DNA from: Camelus dromedarius
Taxonomy: Eukaryota
NCBI RefSeq assembly: GCF_036321535.1
Contig: NC_087437.1
Span: forward strand, 8,370,001 to 8,434,000
Reading direction: 5' to 3'
Length of the DNA stretch: 64,000 nt
The translations under genes and the position numbers were made by a program. The notes beneath the pieces are model-generated. The model had not been told where the DNA came from and ran no database searches. It saw nothing but the letters and a program-made list of their open reading frames with translations. Below, in pieces: positions 51,925-64,000 of the stretch; position 1 is the stretch's first letter; the number at the start of each line of letters is the position of its first letter.

Positions 51925-52731
51925 TTTTCCTCTTTTTTAAAATTGAAATATAGTTGACATACAACATTGTGTTAGTTTCAGTTGTAGTACATAATGATTT
52001 GACATTTGCATACATTATGAAAAAGATTGAGACCATAAGTCTAGTAACCCATCTGTCCCCATACAAAGTTATTACAATATTATTGACCATATTCCTTATG
52101 CCGTATGTTCCATCACTGTGATGTATTTATTGTACTAACTAGAGATTTGTACCTTTTAATCCCATTCACCTGTTTTACACCCTCCTTCTGACAACCATGC
52201 ATTTGTTTTCTGTGTTTGAGTCTGTTTTCGTTTTGTTTGTTTAGATCCCAATTATCAATGAGATCATGCAGCATTTGTCTTTCTCTGTCTGATTCACTCC
52301 ACTTAGCATAATACTATCTAGATCCATCCACATTGTTGCAAATAGCAAGATTTCATTCTTTTTTGTGGCTGAGTAATATTCCAAAGCCAGATATTCTGGG
52401 AGTTCTTCTTCCCAGTGTAGCATTCTGGACTGGGGAGCCTTATAAGGGGCTCTGACCCCTTGCTTCTTGGGGAGAACCTCTGAAATTGTGACTCCCCCCC
52501 TCCTTTGGGAGTTGCCCACACTGGAGGTGGGTTTTGACTAAACCGTGTCTCCACTCCTCCTGTCCATCTTGTTGTGGTTCCTTCTTTATTTCTTCAGCGG
52601 TGAAAAGTCTTTTCTGCTAGTCTTCAGGTCATTCCAGTAGAGAGTTTCTCTGTAAGTAGTTGTGATTTTGGTGTGCCTGTGGGAGGCGGTGAGCCCAGCA
52701 TCTTCCTATGTTGCCATCTTGGCCCAAACTC
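51925..52731 (-). mobile_element. Internally deleted L1: 5'UTR start fused to 3' end
   Basis: 52382-52731 is an L1 5' terminus (gggccaagatggc...gggctcaccgcctcccacaggcacaccaaaatcacaact on minus). It joins 51925-52383, an L1 3' end with T-rich tail. Confidence 0.8.
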
Positions 52732-52744
52732 CAGGCCTTTTCTT

Positions 52745-53273
52745 TTTCTTTTTCATTTTTCCTTTTTTCAAGTTGAGTTGTAGTCAGTTTATAATGTTGT
52801 GTCAATTTCTGGTGTACAGCACAATGCTTCACTCATACATGAATATACATATATTCATTTTCATATTCTTTTTCACCATAAGCTACTATAAGATACTAAA
52901 TATATTACCCTGTGCTATGCAGTATAAACTTGTTTATCTATTTTATATATACCAGTCACTATATGGAAATCTTGAACTCCCAGTTTATCTCTTCCCACCC
53001 CCTTCCCCCCGGCAACCACAAGTCTGTATTCTATGTCTGTGAGTCTGTTTCTGTTTTATATATAAGTTCATTTGTTTTCTTTCCTTTTTTTTTTTTTTTC
53101 AGATTCCACATATGAGTGATATCATATGGTATTTTTCTTTCTCTTTCTGGCTTACTTCACTTAGAATAACATTCTCCAGGGACATCCATGTTGCTGCAAA
53201 TGGCATTGTGTTGTCATTTTTTATGGCTGAGTAGCATTCCATTGTATAAATATACCACAACTTCTTTATCCAG
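52745..53273 (-). mobile_element. L1 3' end
   Basis: tagtcagtttataatgttgtgtcaatttctgg...cttctttatccag. TSD ccaggccttttct / ccagactttttct. Confidence 0.9.
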
Positions 53274-54147
53274 ACTTTTTCTAAATTAAGCTTCCTGGAA
53301 ATCGTACCCCTTACCCATTTCTTTATATAACCCTTACTTCTAGTTCAAAGGAAACTCATCATCTGAATTTTTCTAAGAAGAAAGTGATTTCCTTGGTGAC
53401 TGTTCAACATGCTTTGGGTTGATGAAATTTCTGTGTACTATGGTAAATAAATTAATAATGTATAAACACCCAAGGAACCACGTCACATTGATTTTTTAAA
53501 AATAATTAAGTAACTTGCAGAGTTAAGGTCCATGATTTTTGAGTGACCTCCATGCTTTTGGTACTACTGGTTCAGCTGCAAATAGCTAAACATGGTAAAG
53601 ATAAGAAAAAAGCAAAATGCTACTGTTAGCTCCTTTTCTTTGCTATAAGGTATTAGTTGAAATATTAGCTTTTATTTTTTATTTTTTAATAGCCAAAGGG
53701 ACAGAAACCATGAATCCAATTCCACTAACTTCCAGGGAAGACTAGATAAGAACCGTTCAATTACAGGTTGCTTGTTTATCTAATTCTCTTGGCAGAATTT
53801 GCTTTGGTGAAACGAATCACCTGTTGAAGGAGAAAAAAAAATCCATTTAAGTGATTAAAATCTACTTCAGCTAATTTCCTTTTTAACCTGTTTGTAAGCC
53901 AGCAAGAGCTGATAGTTGTAATGAATAGCTCTTAGGGGAAGCTTTCATTGACATTTGGATCTCACTAGACTTTGAAAAACTTCTGCCATCTTGTTGTTTT
54001 TGAGCTCTTTTGCTGTTTTCAAGGTAGGCATCAGTGCATGGAGTTTAGTGCATGACCTTTGACGCTTCAGAGTTTGGATTTTAGCATTGTTATTATTACC
54101 AGCGGTGTGAACCAGGGCCATTTTTAATTTTTAAAAAAATTTGTTGG

Positions 54148-54205
54148 TTTTTTTTTTTTTTTTTGGTAGAGGGAGGAGGTAATTAGGTTTTACTTATTAA
54201 TTGTT
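54148..54205 (-). mobile_element. SINE tail-only fragment (vic-1-like)
   Basis: Poly(T) followed by ggaggaggtaattaggttt; no tRNA head. Confidence 0.6.
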
Positions 54206-56328
54206 TTAAACTCAATTTTTGCAGTTCTCAAGTGATTGTTGCTGTGGATTGTTTTGATAACTAAATGAGCCAATGTAAAGTGTAAAATTACAAGTTAAAG
54301 TGCCTGACGGCATCTGGCATATGGTGAGCACATATTAACAAGTACGGGTTATTATTAATAGAAGCTCTGACGTGGAAAAAGCTGACTGGATGAAGTGGTG
54401 GTGGTGGTGGGGTGCCAGAATAACCTCCCTTTTAATATTAACTTACCCATTGCTAGCAAATTTAGCATATGAGTAATAGACATCTGCTCTATTATCAAGA
54501 AAATACTAGAAACAGACATCGTTTCACGTTCTGGTACCAAACTGCTTCTGTGTTACATGTACTATACACTCAGACTTTTTATTTCAACTCTACCTTATCT
54601 GAGGGGGTCAGAGTGTAACAGTGCTTTTTGAATGAGAGTGCTTTAGTCCCAGTGAAGAATTAAAATCAGTTACTATGAACATCAACTCAACCCTTCCTCC
54701 TGGTGTTTTAAAGCATGCGTCATTTAAAGGTGAAGCAAGTGTAAAATGGAAAAAGAAATGACTGCAGGACGTGGTGAGTGTAGCTGGGGTGAGGAAATGC
54801 AGGAAAATGAGGAAGGAGGACAGAAGTAATAATCAGCAGCTTCTTGATATGAAGTATGTAAATATGATGTGAAATCACATGTAGCATTGCAGTTTTCTGG
54901 GCGTGTCATTCACCTCAATTTTTACCCTTTTCTGAGGATGCAGACTGAGTCATATTCTTAGACAAAGAAGTCAACTTTTGATTTTCCTGTGCAGAGGAGA
55001 TAGTGGAGTTTGTAAAAAAACTGACTTAAGGATGCATTTGAAGTTTTTGTTGTGTGTATGGGAGGGGGACAGTCTGGTTTACCATTTTAAAATATTTTGC
55101 TCAGGCTTAAGTTAAAACTAATTTGCTTTTTGAACACACACCAATTGTTTTTGCCACTCAGTGGACTATTTAGAGCCAATTTAGATGGATTTAAAAGTAT
55201 GCAAGTAATCCATGCTGTAAATAATCTATATGCCAAGAGAAATAACAAGGAGTCCTCATTTTTGTTTATTCAGTACCCTGCTTTGAGTTTAGATTTAGTC
55301 TCTTGTTTATAGTGGAAAGCAAAGGGATTTTTTTCCCTAGTCTAGAAGTGGTTTAGCCTAGAGATAAAAATAGCCACATGTCACTGAAAGAACAGACAGA
55401 GTGTGGTACCTCTGCTCTCACTTTCAAAATGTTCCTTAATTTCCTACCAATGTGCTGATTAAACATAACAGAAGCCTGTCTTGGAAAATGAGGAGACATC
55501 CTGGTCAGAAACAAAACTCCTTGCAACAAGGCAATAGTTGGTGCCTCAGAAGTTTACCCTTCTGGTATTTCTCCTGCTTCATAATTTCTCTTTGTATCAC
55601 CAGCACGTGCCTTTGTTACCAGTTCTGTCTCGATGACTAAGCTTGTCTTTAAGAGTCTTTCTTTATCCTGGTTCTCTCAGGACCTCCTGAACACCCTCTT
55701 GCGGAGGGACGGGACAAGAACAAGGAAATGAAAACCGTCTTAAAGAAGCCTCTGAGAAGCCATTCACTCTCACGCTCCAAATTCCTGCATCTCCAAACTA
55801 CCCCGGGAGGTGTATTTCCATCTGGGGAAGAGCCAATTCATGTCATCTTCCTTCTGGGAAAGAAAAGCATTTAGCTGCTGCTGTATGTATATTATTGTCA
55901 AGGAATTTGTAAAGAGTAGGTCATGCACTGGAGGTTATTTTTGCTTTTTTGTGCTTGTGCTGAGTGTATTCCACTGGAAGGTATCATGAGGGAGAGGGAG
56001 AGAGAGAAAGGGGTTAGCTGGCATCTCAGTTTTCATAAACAGCTGGAGGTCTGAGCAGAAACTCTTTAAACTGCACGTCTGAAAGTAGTATCTGGCACAG
56101 AGGAAACGGCAGAGCTCCAAGGACCCCCGGAGGAGGCAAAGGAAAGAGTTTGTTAGGTTCTTTGTGGCTTTAACCCCAGACCTGAAGAACAGAATTAACC
56201 AACAAGTAACGAGATTTGCTGTGGCATCTCAGGAAACACGGTCAATAGGATTTCAGTCTGAGTGAAAAGCGTGCAGACTGTGATGGAAGAAAGCAGAAGC
56301 TGGAGACTGACATAAATTAGCTTGAAAG

Positions 56329-56505
56329 TAGTGGTTCTCAAAGTCTGGTCCCTGCGCCATCAGTATCAGCAGTACTACAAGTGTGTCAGAAATGCAGGTT
56401 CCTGGTCCCCCACCCAGACCTATTGAATCAGACTAGGACCCAGGGATCCATGCTTCAACAAATCCTCCAGGTGTCTCTGACGCATGCAAAAATCGAATAA
56501 CCTCT
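56329..56505. mobile_element. MER5A hAT MITE
   Basis: agtggttctcaaagtctggtccc...agaaatgcagg...cccagacctattgaatcaga...ctccaggtg. Confidence 0.8.
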
Positions 56506-58807
56506 ATGTTAGGTCATTGGGGCCACTTCTCTATATTGACCTACCTTAATGAGGTTGTGGCCTTCATCTGCTCCTGGTTTGTGAACCACTGAACGCGTGG
56601 ATGGCAGGTTCAGAAAGTGATGCCAGAATCCGGAAAGGCGTTGCTGTTCCATTTCATTATTTTAAGACCTGAAGTGACCCGTATCTTGGGTGCTTCTCTT
56701 TCTTCTCAAGCCTTAGCTACCTCGGTCTCGTGGATCTTGGCAGATCCATCAGCTGGTATTTCACAGTGCAACTGAGCTGCCCAGAATGGTAACCATTACC
56801 CACACACGTCCTTACTATTCCAGTTTCATTTTACGGGACTGGCTGTCCAAGCACACAAAACTAATATCATACTGAAAGTGCTCAATAACTTGATCACCTT
56901 AACTCCATTTTAGGTGTAAGGTGAGAACATACACTTTGTAATTTAACTGAAAAACTTTTCGTATCAATGGGAAAAACTACTCAAATTGTATTGGGACCGA
57001 TCTTACAATGTCCATGCACTCAAAGCTGAACCGTACAAGATGTTAAGATGCATGTGTTCTAGTCTGAATTTTATATTGCATCAACAGGGGTACTCCACTG
57101 ATTATTTCTACTAACTGGAGGTGTTTCTAGTCATTTCTGGTTGTGGATGGTAAGCTGATAGGAATGACTTGGTCACTAATCGAGAATGGAAGTGTTTAGT
57201 CTTTGATCTTCAAGGTCATGTGTGACTGGCAAATAATGCCATCAAAGGTAGGCAATGTGCTTAACTTTAAAAATATTTGCCAGTTTTAAAATGCTTAGAA
57301 ATCCTTTTGGAAGGATGGAAAATTATCCTTTTAATTGCAGGCTAAACAAAACCCAACTGATACGCAGTCGGGGCTAGTTTTAAAGTATCATACAGAAATA
57401 GACTTTAGACCATGGATTTCACACCCCAGATACTTGGAAATGAGAAAAATGAAATGATTTCTGTGCCATTTTCTCTTTTGACAAGGAAAATCCCTAACTC
57501 TGAGTGTCTTTGTTACTAAAACTGTTTGTTAATCGTGATAACCGTAAGTGGATGAGAATTATCAGTTAAACTGGTAACCGTGTTGAGCCCATTTATTTCT
57601 GCAGGAAGATTACACACATTTGTGTCAAACTGGGTCATTTTCATGCCTTTGAGAGTCTGCCATGCCAATGCTGGCCCAGCCAAAGCTGGATGTCCTTGAA
57701 TGACAAGCTGCTAAAAATCCAATCAATAAATTGTGTCCAAATGTCAAAGAGAGTCGTGCAAAGTGTGCAAAGCTGGGGCCAGTTGAGCCAGTGTGCAGGG
57801 TTTGATTCTGGGTAGTCAGAATTTAAATTTGACTTAGAAAAGAAATAAGTCAGCATCTTTAATCCTCAAACATTATACACCATCTAGTCAGTAGACTTAG
57901 CAAAGGTCAAGCAATCAATACAGTTGGCATTAGCAGAGACAGGTTAGGTGAGATGATTTTATTCCTTGAAATTGTTTTTTACATTCCAACATACGAACAG
58001 GTAGGCAGACTGTCAGGTGGAGTAAAAAAGAATGTGCATGACAGTGACATGAGCAGGTCATTGATCCAGGGGCTAAATTTAGAAATTCTGTGGACTTGGG
58101 AAGTACTGGGGCAGGGGGAGGATCTCAAATTGCTGCCACATTTGTCTCTGCTAAAGGTTTAATATTTTGAATGCACACCTATCCTCTGGGCAGAGTTGGG
58201 CTGCCTGGTATATCATCAACCCAGCAAGACAGAAATACCAGAAGAAGCATATTATGGCTTATCAAGTTGTTACTGAAATCTTGACAAAGTAGGAAAAATC
58301 ATAAAAAGAAACAAGGATAAGTTTTTGCACTCGTTCTTTGCAAAATTACTTGGAATACAGTCAGAGAAGGATAATTAGTGAAATATTAGATTCTCCTGTT
58401 AAACCCTGTTTAGAAATTTGCAAACTGAGGAAACAGGGGTCTTGTATGTTCCATTGACATATTATTTCTAGTGCAGTAACAGAACAGGTGTGGAGTGGAA
58501 AAAGAAAGAGGAGTAAGAGACTGAGATGGAAGGAAGTAATGACTTGGGTAAAACCTAGTCATTTAAGAACAAAATAGTCATTATATGGACATCTTCAAGA
58601 AGGGGAATTCAGCATGGCCATTTAAAAGCCAAAAGCCAATTAAAAAAAAAAAAGTTCCTTAGTTCCTTCTTACAAGTAAAAAAGAAAATCCAGACAGTAT
58701 GTGTTTTAATTTTTACCCAGAAAAATTCCTGCTGCAACTGATCAAGAAATTAACCTGTGATCCCTAATTTGTATTTTTAATTATTTTTATTTATTTATTT
58801 TTTATGA

Positions 58808-59090
58808 TCACACAAAGATCTGTACATGAATGTTTATAGCAACATGATTCATAATAGCCAAACATATGAAATTACCCAATGTCCATCAATTGGTGAATGG
58901 GCAAACGACAGTGCATGCTTACAAGAGAATATTGTTCAGCAATAAAAAGGAAAAATACCGATGCACATATAACACAGATGTATCTCAAAAGCATTATTCG
59001 AAGTGAAAGAAACCAAACTAAAAGCTGTATACTGTGTGCTACCATCCTGGACTTTCTGTGGGATCCTGGAAAAGGCAAAATTATCAACAG
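58808..59090 (+). mobile_element. Old L1 (L1MB/ME) ORF2 end
   Basis: cacaaagatctgtacatgaatgtttatagcaac...cccaatgtccatcaattggtgaatgg...cagcaataaaaagg. Confidence 0.75.
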
Positions 59091-59584
59091 TGGTTTTGAG
59101 GGGCTAGAAGTGAGAGTAAGAGATTCATTGCAAAACAGCACAAAGGAGTCTGGCTGTGGTAGCCTAATTTTTAAAAATCTTATGTTGTCACACACATTTC
59201 TAAAAATTGAAACAAAATATGAATGGATACATATTTTTTGACCAAAGATTGTGGTTTAGTAGGAGACAAAATTAGGGACATCTGCTTGCTTTTTCTTAAG
59301 CTCGAAACTGCTCTCTAATGAAGTTTGGACCAGGTAGCAATGTGGAATTGATGGCACTAAGTGATAATTCATGTCAGATCCAAAGGCTCTGGGATAATCT
59401 GGAGTAAGGTCTGGGGTGCTCCGGATCTCACAGGGAGAGAGGTTTAAGAATCTCGTCGTGATTAACGCTCACCAGTACAATCTAGAGAGCACGCAGATCA
59501 CCCACCGAGCAGGGCAAGTGCAGGGAGTACATGTGGGAAACTGGCGAAGTGACCGAGTGGATTTCATTGATCTTCTGAGCCTGT

Positions 59585-59995
59585 GGTAGATCCCAGCCAT
59601 GGCCCCCATTCTTTTGCCCATCCTTGTAACCACGCCCTTGGCCTTGAGACTGCATTCCCTCCCAGTGAAAAGACTGGTCCCCCTGAACCTGGGCTTGTGT
59701 TGTGCGTTGCATTGGCCAACAGAACATGGCAGAAGTGACAATGCCACTTCTGAGACTGCGTCTAAGAAGGCATCGTGACTTCCATGTATTCACTTGCTGA
59801 GAACACTGCACCGGGAACACCACTGGCCTGGCCGGCAGTGGTGTGAGGGACACAGCCTCACACACGTGACACAGGTGAGAGCTGCCTGAGAGCCACCCGG
59901 GTGCCCGCAAACCTGAGCGCGATGAAGGCTTAATGCTGTGTGCCGTTGGTTAGTGGTGGCTGCACTGCACTGTTGTGGTGATAGACAACTGACGT
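59585..59995 (+). mobile_element. MaLR LTR (MLT1-type)
   Basis: atggcccccattct...ttggccaacagaacatggcagaagtgacaatgcc...gtggtgatagacaactgac. Confidence 0.75.
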
Positions 59996-60524
59996 AGGGC
60001 ATAAGCTTCCACACTGACTGAAGGGGAGAGGTTCTGATTAATTCTTCATGGAACTCCTGATGCTTTATTGAAACAAACAAGAAGTCCTTGAAGTGACAGG
60101 CTTACTTGGCCCAAGCACCTCCCGTGAGACATTTATCTACTGAGTTGATGTGACCTGGAGGCAAAGGTTTCAGCCCTCTGCTTGGTAGCAGCAGTATGCA
60201 AATGTATTTGTGTCTTTCCAAACCTGACAGATAGACAGACAGGTGTCTAGTCAGTATCAAGTTAGTACTCACAGTGAACATCCATGAATCAGTATCCTCA
60301 AAATTCCAGCAACAAGCTTGCTTGCCTTGGGGATTAGAAGTGGCTTAAAGAACGGCCACTAACTTATTTGTATTTGCCACGAAGGTAGAATGAGCAAGTT
60401 TCCCTACATAATATATCTTGGGAGGGATTTAAACAAATTTGACAGATTTAAAAAAAAATTTGTCAGGCCTTTTTCTAGCATAGATAAACCATCTTTTTAA
60501 GACTGTCATTTTTTTTTTTTTTTT

Positions 60525-61162
60525 TTTGCCAAAAAACTGGTCTCTTTACCCTGATAGCCGAATTGAGAATCGGAGGCAGAGTTTGGGGAAGATACAAAAA
60601 AACAGCTCTAATTGCTTTGCCAGGCAAAGGGGCTCACAGCAGGCTCATGCCTTAAAGACTGTGAGCCCCTCTTGGGGCTGGGCTTTTGAGGTTTTATAGA
60701 AAAACTGGGTGGAACAGAAAAGGTGCTAACAATCAGGGTGTTTTACACAGGGGCTATGTTTCTTGCATCTTGATAAGAACTTACTGTTATTTTGCAGGCA
60801 TTTAGGAAGGTCTGCCGATTTTCTTGAGGTTCAGTCCACGACCTACTTTCAAGACCTCTGGAGTAAAAGGATAAGTTATTCTAAGAAAGGAACTCACAGG
60901 GAAGGGAGTGTGCTGGTCCTAAGAGCAGTTTAGCTAGAAGTACAGGCTTGAGCAACTCATTAGCCATCTTTGTTTTGTACTCGTTCAATTGCATTGTTTC
61001 CTGGCTTTTATCTTACTTCTGCGTTCCCTTACTAGACAATTTTGTGGAAGCCCCAGGGGTTTTGAATCTCCTAGGGACAGCCTCTTACCTCTGAAGAGAA
61101 GGGGAATTTGATTGAAAATAGAGGCTACTTCTGGTTCATTCAGAGGAGTGTTCCCTCTCCAT
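60525..61162 (-). mobile_element. ERV1-type solo LTR
   Basis: gcagagtttggggaag...aattgctttgccaggcaaaggggctcacagcaggctcatgcc...gaggagtgttccctctcca. Boundaries approximate. Confidence 0.7.
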
Positions 61163-61613
61163 CTTCTTATTTGCCTAGTGATGGATCCCATGTGGCCACC
61201 GGGGAACGACTTGTTTCAGCTACACTGGCTCTTTTTCAAGTATTTTCCAAGGACAAACAGCCTCCCTCAGCAGCATGATTGTCTTGTCTGAGGATTGTAT
61301 TCTGATTAATTTAACTTTAGCTTCCTTACTGCTTCAGTGAATTTCAAATTTGTCATGGTTAAAAAAAAATCAATCCTGGAAAGTTTCCTAAAAGAAGTTG
61401 GTGAGGACAGGGCACAGGATTGATTCTGCTGAGGAGCCTTTAGAACGTGGCAGAGAGCTGAGAGGCTAAGAGAAGAATGGAAGGAGTGCCAAATTCTTCC
61501 TGATGCACGCTTATAGATCAGGTGTAATTTCAGGACTTTGCAGAAATTTTGGTGATCATTGCTCTGCAGGAAAGTGCTCCTTCTGTCTTGTTGAACACAA
61601 AGCCATCAAAAGC

Positions 61614-61648
61614 CTGCAGTAAGCACATGCCGCCAGCAGGGGGCGGGA
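61614..61648 (+). promoter_or_regulatory. Predicted CTCF binding site (core plus upstream motif)
   Basis: Core gccgccagcagggggcggga (61629-61648) preceded 5 bp upstream by ctgcagtaag (61614-61623), matching the ZF9-11 upstream motif spacing. Confidence 0.7.
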
Positions 61649-61784
61649 GCGTTACAGCCATAGACTGCAGTCTCTTCTGCAGTTGCTTGGAGCAGCTGAT
61701 GTTCTCAAAGCCTGCTGGTTCTGAACTCGCCGTAAGCCTTTCTTTTTCTAAGACTTTTGCTTTCACTGTCTCTTCTGAGGACAG

Positions 61785-61990
61785 TGGGCACAGTAGAGTC
61801 GGTCTGCCTGAATTCGAACCCCAGCTGCCCCTCTTGATGGCTCTGTTATCTCTCTGTGCCTCAGTCTTTCTCATCTGAGAAATGGGAAAAGAGTAACTGT
61901 GAGGATGCTGTAAGGATGATTGCGTTAACTCATGTAGTGCATTTAGAACAGTGCCTGGCACTCAGTACGTACTTGATAGATACTAGCTAA
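61785..61990 (+). mobile_element. MIR SINE
   Basis: ctgcctgaattcgaaccccagc...tctctgtgcctcagtctttctcatctgagaaatggg...ttagaacagtgcctggcac. Confidence 0.85.
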
Positions 61991-62119
61991 TACAGTGTAG
62001 CCATTCCCTTTGCCCTGTACCTTCCATCCTCCCAAGTCTGAATGCAAAGTTCGATTAATCTGGCCACGGGTTCTGCCAGCTGACTTCTCTTCATTCTTCC
62101 AAACTCATCTCAGAAACAC

Positions 62120-62695
62120 AATTTCACCTCTGTGGCATTTCTGCCAAAAATGCTTACACAAAATCTAATAAAGAGAAAGCATCACACAAAACCAAATTGA
62201 GCGACATTCTACTAAACAACTAGACTATGCACTTCAGAAATGACAAGGTCACGAAAGACAAAGAAACTGGTTTAGGCTGCAGGACACTAAACAGATATGA
62301 CAACAGAGTGCAGTGCACGAGCTGAGAATTTCTCCTGCTATAAAGCGCACGTTGGGGAAATTTATGAAGTGTGATTACGGTCTGCAGGTAAGGTAGCAGT
62401 ATTAGATCGGTATTAATTTTCTGATTTTGCTAATTGTAGGCTATGGAAGAGAACGTCCTTGCTTAATACACACTGGAGGATTTAAGAGTAAAGGGGACAT
62501 AATCTCTGCAAGCTACACTGAAATGATTTAAAAATGTGTATTTGTATATAAATATGTACATATATGAGAGAGCATATTTTCATAAAATAACATCTAGTGC
62601 ATTTGGAGGAAGTATATAGAATTCTTTGTATTATTTATGCAGCGTTTTTTTTTTTTATAAGCCTGAAATTAAATCTAAGTGAAAAAATAAAAACC
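62120..62695 (+). mobile_element. L1MC-type 3' end
   Basis: aaccaaattgagcgacattctac...aaggtcacgaaagacaaagaa...taattttctgattttg...tttaagagtaaagggg. Confidence 0.75.
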
Positions 62696-64000
62696 ATAAC
62701 TAAAAAATAAAGTCCTTTTTCTCAGGTGCCTCCTCCAAGAAGTTCTCCCTGATGTTCCCCTGTCCCCACTCTTAGTTGGGGTAGGTGCTTCTGCCCTGTG
62801 TGCCCTTGACCTGCACCCTGTGTCTGTCACAGCGCCCACGACACTGTGTCGTGGCCACCTGTTTATGTTGGTAAACTGTGAGCCATTTCATCATTCACCT
62901 TTGTATCACCTGAGCCCAGCGGACTCCTCGTACAGAAGAGAAACTTATCACAGATTTGCTGAGTGACAAGGTAGTGGAACTTGGCTTTATATCGAAGGTT
63001 TAGTTTTCCAGGGGCCTGCTATGAATTTCAGGCTTGCTCCTTAGGTTTTGTAGCTGAAACGTAGCACAGGTTTGGGACTCGGCACGCCTCGCCGGACAGC
63101 CGACTTCTGGCACAGCATTCACAAAGGACAGTCTCTTTGGTTTGTTTATACCTTAGTGCTGTGATTCTCAAGCTCAGAGATACAGTGAGGATACAATCAG
63201 TGGACTCTATCTAGGCATTTAACTTAAGGGAATTCCACGGTGTGTGCTCAATGCTGAGTGTGTTTAGTATTAAAAGAATCATACATGTCTTAGGGTGTAG
63301 CCTCTGAATGCCAACCATGATTCCATCTGGTGAAGAAACAGCAATCGGACCTGAAGTTGGAGACAAATCTCACTGTAAGAGCATTAGTGAGAGACTGTGT
63401 GTGTGTTTCCTACTTGTTCCCTCTTTTATGGGTATTGTTGGGTTTCGCTAAGGTCAGGTTTTGTCCGTATGCAGTGAACTGGTGTTAGAAGGTAACAACA
63501 TAAAGATGCAGCTCACTCCTCCGTTTGTGGTCTCCACGTTAACTGACTCTCACAAGAGGGTGTGCACTGCGGTCATTACTTCACACTATTTTTATCTAAT
63601 AGTTCCTTCCAAGCCAGACACTTTGCCGTTTGACCAAGATAACGGTACAACAGAAAATCAATATGACTTTTAGCCTTACTGAGTGCCGTAGAAGCCTATC
63701 TAGAAAAAGTTCAAACGTGTGCACAGGACTCTAGGGCAGGAGCTTGGCTACAGATGGTTAGAGATGCCAGGCCAAGCCAGGTTTCCTCCTGCGGTGCTTT
63801 ATCTATAACCGGGTGAATTGGACCCATGGCATACATTGTCTTTAGTTCAGAAGGGGATCTCTGTGAGGAGGAATTGGGCAGAGAGGCTCTGGTTGGTATG
63901 AATAGATGAGAAGAAGGCATTACTCCCTACACCTCAAAAATCGCTCCCTCACACATCCCACCAATCAGAGATACGTTCACAATAACAGGTTCTTCTGAAA

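Overview
This is mammalian non-coding DNA (intergenic or intronic), most likely camelid. The inference rests on eight copies or fragments of a tRNA-Ala-derived SINE resembling the camelid vic-1 family. I see no intact host protein-coding gene, RNA gene or CRISPR array. The recognisable ORFs are remnants of L1 ORF1/ORF2, L2 ORF2 or ERV env; the rest have no recognisable homology. The window is dominated by transposon fossils: L1 3' ends (several with TSDs, one with a twin-primed 5' inversion), SINEs, six ERV1-type solo LTRs, MaLR/ERVL LTRs, MER5/hAT, MIR, L2 and CR1. It also holds one ~5.9-kb two-LTR class I ERV (34071-40011) with gag-MA and env-TM remnants. The most unusual structures are: (1) an internally deleted L1 keeping only its 5' and 3' ends; (2) a 1.4-kb unique, UTR-like sequence inserted inside an L1; (3) a CpG-rich ERV leader with a 56-bp repeat that has escaped CpG decay despite diverged LTRs; (4) two small complex rearrangements (3.1-3.7 kb and 31.4-32.0 kb); (5) a strong CTCF site and a TCF/CCAAT/CArG-TATA motif cluster. 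Family names come from remembered consensus sequences, not a database search, and boundaries of old repeats are approximate. I found no convincing new gene system.
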